Source: Mobula birostris (taxonomy: Eukaryota). From it: a DNA stretch of 64,000 bases. The stretch's first letter is position 1, and each line of letters opens with the position of its first letter. This document shows positions 60,300 to 64,000 of this stretch, in pieces. A program made the position numbers and the translations under genes. The notes beneath the pieces were generated by a model. That model ran no database searches. It was not told where the DNA came from and saw nothing but the letters and a program-made list of their open reading frames with translations. The stretch spans positions 29,289,144-29,353,143 of the forward strand of contig NC_092380.1 of NCBI RefSeq assembly GCF_030028105.1, given 5' to 3'.

Positions 60300-62790
60300 T
60301 TTGAGGAACTACACAATATCATACTGCACAGCACTGACAGCAGTGCAGTGTAAATGGCTCCAAAGTAGAGGCACTCAGTAATGGAAACTGAAAGCTGAGT
60401 AATGAAGTGAGAACACCAAAATTGGCAGAAGAGATGAAGAAACAAAATTGAAACCTTAAGAGCAGAAATAGCCCACCTGATCAATGATAACCCAAGCAAG
60501 AGAGATAAAAGAAAAGCTATGGAAATACAAGATGCACACAAGACACTATCAAGCTAACAAAAGCACTGTAGAATTTACAAACAAGAGAAAATCTGCAGAT
60601 GCTGGAAATCTGAGCAATACCCACAAAATACTGGAGGAACTCAGCAGGCCAGGCAGCATCTATGGAAAAAAAAGTACAGTTGACATTTTGGGCCAAAACC
60701 CTTCGGCAGGTAGAATTTACAGATACACTAAAACAAAAGCTTGGTACATACAAAGCCAGACTAAATAGATACTGTACATGAAAAACACCGATGAAGAAAA
60801 CAGAATTATCAGTTTTCAGGAACAATGAAAAATGTTTATACAGACCATTAAACTAAATTCAGCACAACGCTAGCACAGAATTACCAACAAACACGGTGAT
60901 AATGAACTCTTGGACTAATATCTGGTCAAACGGGGTGACACGCAAACACGACACAAGCTGGATTAGGGAGGAAAAAGAACGCACAGGCACAATTGAAGAC
61001 ATGCAAATATGTGAAGTTACAATGGATAGACTAAAAGTGGTTATAAAAAAATACCCACAACTGGAAAAGTACCAGAAGTGATAATATTCATAATTATTGC
61101 CATAAAAAATGTTCCTTGCCTTCATCCATATCTGTTAATACATATCAACAATTTTCTTATAAGGTGCCCGGGTTCTTGACAGAAGATAAAACATATCTCT
61201 TACCTAAAGGAGAAATCACAAATGATCCATCACAATATCATCTTATTACTTGTTTACAAATTATATGTAAAATTGCAACATCATGCATCTCACAACCAAT
61301 CAGCACTCACTTAGGTAACCACAATATTCATGATTCAAGTACAATTACTATCAAAGAATGTATAAATTATGCAACATTTCATAAGTGCTGTCTGATCGCC
61401 AATGTGTTGCTTTGGATTTATAAGTATACAATGATCACGACCCATCATATCGTATTTGCTTGCTCACACAGGTAGCCACAAAGCAAGAAACCTAAAAGAA
61501 CCGACTTCAAGAAAAGAAATAAAAGACCTTCACCCAATGCACAAGAGGAGAAGAAAAAAATTATAAATCATGCAAACAACAACATTCCGAACTAAAACTG
61601 AGTCCTCAGAACTGAAGCCCGGAGTAGGCCCAAAGCCTTGCTTAGGCACAGAGCACAGCAGCCGGGACAGTCTTCATAGCCTCAGCGCCATGGAGAGAGG
61701 AAAGAACAATGCAGAGTGAAATCGGCTGTTACCCCATACACCAGCACCCTGTCATTTCAGCCTAACTGGGCCTATGTTTAAATTAACAAAACAGCTAAAG
61801 GGTCTGGCACCCTGGAGAGAGGGAAAAAGATCATGGAGAGTGAGCAAAATTGGCTGTCACCTCTGACCTGGGCTGGCATTTAAATTGACTAAATAGTGGA
61901 TCATACCTTGCACCAGGACCCGGCTGCAGCAAGATGCTCCAGGCCTACACCACACCACCCAGCAACTCAATATGGCCAGATTTCATCGCCCAGCCTGAAG
62001 CCGCTCTGAAGCTCTTCAAATCAGCTTGGTGCCCAGAGAAATCTGCCCTCGCACCTGGGCCAATTGTGCGGTCATCAAATCTCCTCTACCTGGGCCCTGA
62101 CTTCTCCCCTTAGCACCCAAAGTGATCTATTCTCACACCTGCGCCAGTTGGACAGACATTGGAGCTCCACCTGTAACCAATATTCCTACAGAAGAGCAGA
62201 AAGAATGCTGTAAGGGTATGAAAGGATGTAATAAACAACTGATAATAGATTCTCTATTTCTAAATCAAGCTCAGCAGGAAAGCAGAAATCTTTCATGTTG
62301 TTATACTGACTACCAAAAAGCGTTTGATTCTGTCCCACACTCATGCTTAACAGGTTCTTAATATATATAAACTACGCCCAATACTTGTAAAATTCTGACA
62401 TCTGATGAAGCATTGGCATACTAAAATCACACTATCTATTAACAACCAAAACAGCCACCATCATCAAAAATAAACTGAGCCATTTTGCAGGGTGACTCCC
62501 TAAGCCAACCATGGTTTTGTCTAGCTTTAAACCTGCTCTCTATTTAATCAATATGATGAAAATAGGCTATCAAATGAGAGACAACCAAATTAGACCATGG
62601 CACACCTTCTGGGCATGGATGATTTGAAATTATTTGCTTTTTCATCATAGAGCTCAAACAATTCATTCAAATTTTCGAAAGATATATACATGAATTTGGA
62701 CTATATAAGTGCAGAAGATTAAACATAAAGAAAGGTGCAATAGAGCTAGTAGAATATAAACTATACCAGCTGGATATAATACAACCAATG
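60300..62790 (+). mobile_element. R4/Dong-clade non-LTR retrotransposon RT remnant
   Basis: WTNIWS, YLLPK...PSQY..ITCL, EEQKECCKG.KGC.KQLIID, DYQKAFDSVPHS, QGDSLS, MDDLKL, FGL.KC; interrupted at 60580-60709 and about 61330-62177. Confidence 0.8.
60580..60709 (-). mobile_element. 130-bp Penelope terminal-repeat insertion
   Basis: 12-bp TSD GTAGAATTTACA at 60568-60579 and 60710-60721; begins at a degenerate hammerhead core. Confidence 0.82.
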
Positions 62791-63329
62791 GATGAATATG
62801 AGGTACCTTTGTTTAAAATTTGTGGTATTGTCTGCGCAACAGATGATGAAGTCAATCATCCCGTGTATTCTCTTCACTCCCCAAATTCAGTGTGCTGTCA
62901 CTTTTGGGGATGCAGCCCTCTGAAGATCGATCCGGTCAGTCCTACTCCCCTGCCTCTCCCCACGTCCCTGCAAACCATTCCAGCTCTCTCAACTGGGAGA
63001 TGGGTATGAAGAGAATGAAGAATGCTTCTCCTCACAGCACCGTCCATCCTTTCCCAGTGACCTTTCTTCAGTAACCACTACATCATAACCTTACCATGTT
63101 CAGGGACAGCTTCAGTCCAGTGTCTTCCACTCCTACAAATTAGATTGCTATACAATGTCCTCTGTTCCAAGAAGAAAAGCTCCAGCTTCTGGAGTCCACA
63201 ACAGAATAGAAGTTTCTCATTGCTGGCACCATTTCAGTCAGACCTTTCTAAAGCTGTTCCGTCTTTCCCAGACACCAGTATAGTGCTCCAATGGTGAAGA
63301 GAGATCCGCCCTCCCTTGCTTGCTCTTCC

Positions 63330-63770
63330 ACTCTTTCTTTGCATCCTTTACAAGGAGGGGAGGTGTAAACTTGGAATTTATTTCCTGGAACATAGCTATA
63401 GGGGTGAACTAATTGAAGGATTCAAGATCATGACGGACATACACAGGGTAAAAATACATAGTCATTTCCCCTGGGATAATAACAAGAGAGCATTACTTTC
63501 AGATCAGAGGAGAAAGGTTTAAAAGGGACATCAAGAGGCAGATTATTCAAGCAAAAGCTGGTGTGTATTTGGAATAAGCTACCAGAAATAGTGGTTGAGA
63601 CAGGCACACAAGCGACATTTAAAAGTCATCTGGCTATGTACATGGAAAGGAGAGTTTTAGAGGCTATAGGCCAAACATGGACAGGTGGGACTAGCTGGCT
63701 AGCAACACAGAATGGACAAGTTCGTTGAAGGACCTATTTCAATGCTCTCTGGCTCTTATGTATGTTATAG
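63330..63770 (+). mobile_element. CR1 3' fragment
   Basis: RGELIEGFKIM and WNKLPE.VVE motifs. Confidence 0.8.
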
Positions 63771-64000
63771 AAAGCCATCTGAAAGGCTAAATACACTGGG
63801 CCTTGCTTATTGCATTTACTAGTAACAACCTGAGAAAGGAAACCGATGCCGGAATCTGGAGCAATGAACAATCTGTTTGAGGAACACAGTGGGTTGAGCA
63901 GTATCTGTGGGTTTGAGGAATTATCCACGTTACCGGTACGCTGAGATCCCACCACCAGCCTAAATCTTCTGATCCCCATCCCTTTCTGCCTTGGGCTGAG

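Overview
Eukaryotic vertebrate genomic DNA, not prokaryotic. The CR1/Penelope/Rex repeat landscape and the KRAB-less C2H2 gene style suggest a cartilaginous fish such as a ray (inference). Real genes: a dispersed replication-dependent histone cluster with H2B (+, 34780, C-terminal part in an N gap), H2A (-, 36572-36180), a divergent H1 (+, 48890-49513) and H3.2 (+, 50161-50571). Each has a 3' stem-loop and a purine-rich downstream element; no H4 is present. There is also a 13-finger C2H2 zinc-finger ORF (27627-28733) with two decayed paralogues, and two probable 3' exons (3150-3282, 3471-3618) of a membrane receptor with an Arg in its transmembrane helix. Most of the rest is nested transposon debris: CR1, Rex/Babar, L1, Nimb/I and R4-clade LINEs, Penelope-like elements with minimal hammerhead relics, CORE-like tRNA SINEs, a Harbinger-like MITE, sushi-type Gypsy, four solo LTRs, ERV pol and env remnants, and GC-rich minisatellites. 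The most unusual object is a 3.1-kb TSD-flanked element (41885-44988) bounded by two inverted copies of a Tf1/sushi-like LTR, each followed by a self-priming-type PBS. Other highlights are an orphan H2A-type promoter with no gene behind it (about 51253-51375) and tiny TSD-flanked hammerhead-bearing insertions. Most short ORFs in the track are repeat-derived or antisense artefacts. All family assignments come from motif recognition by eye; no searches were run.
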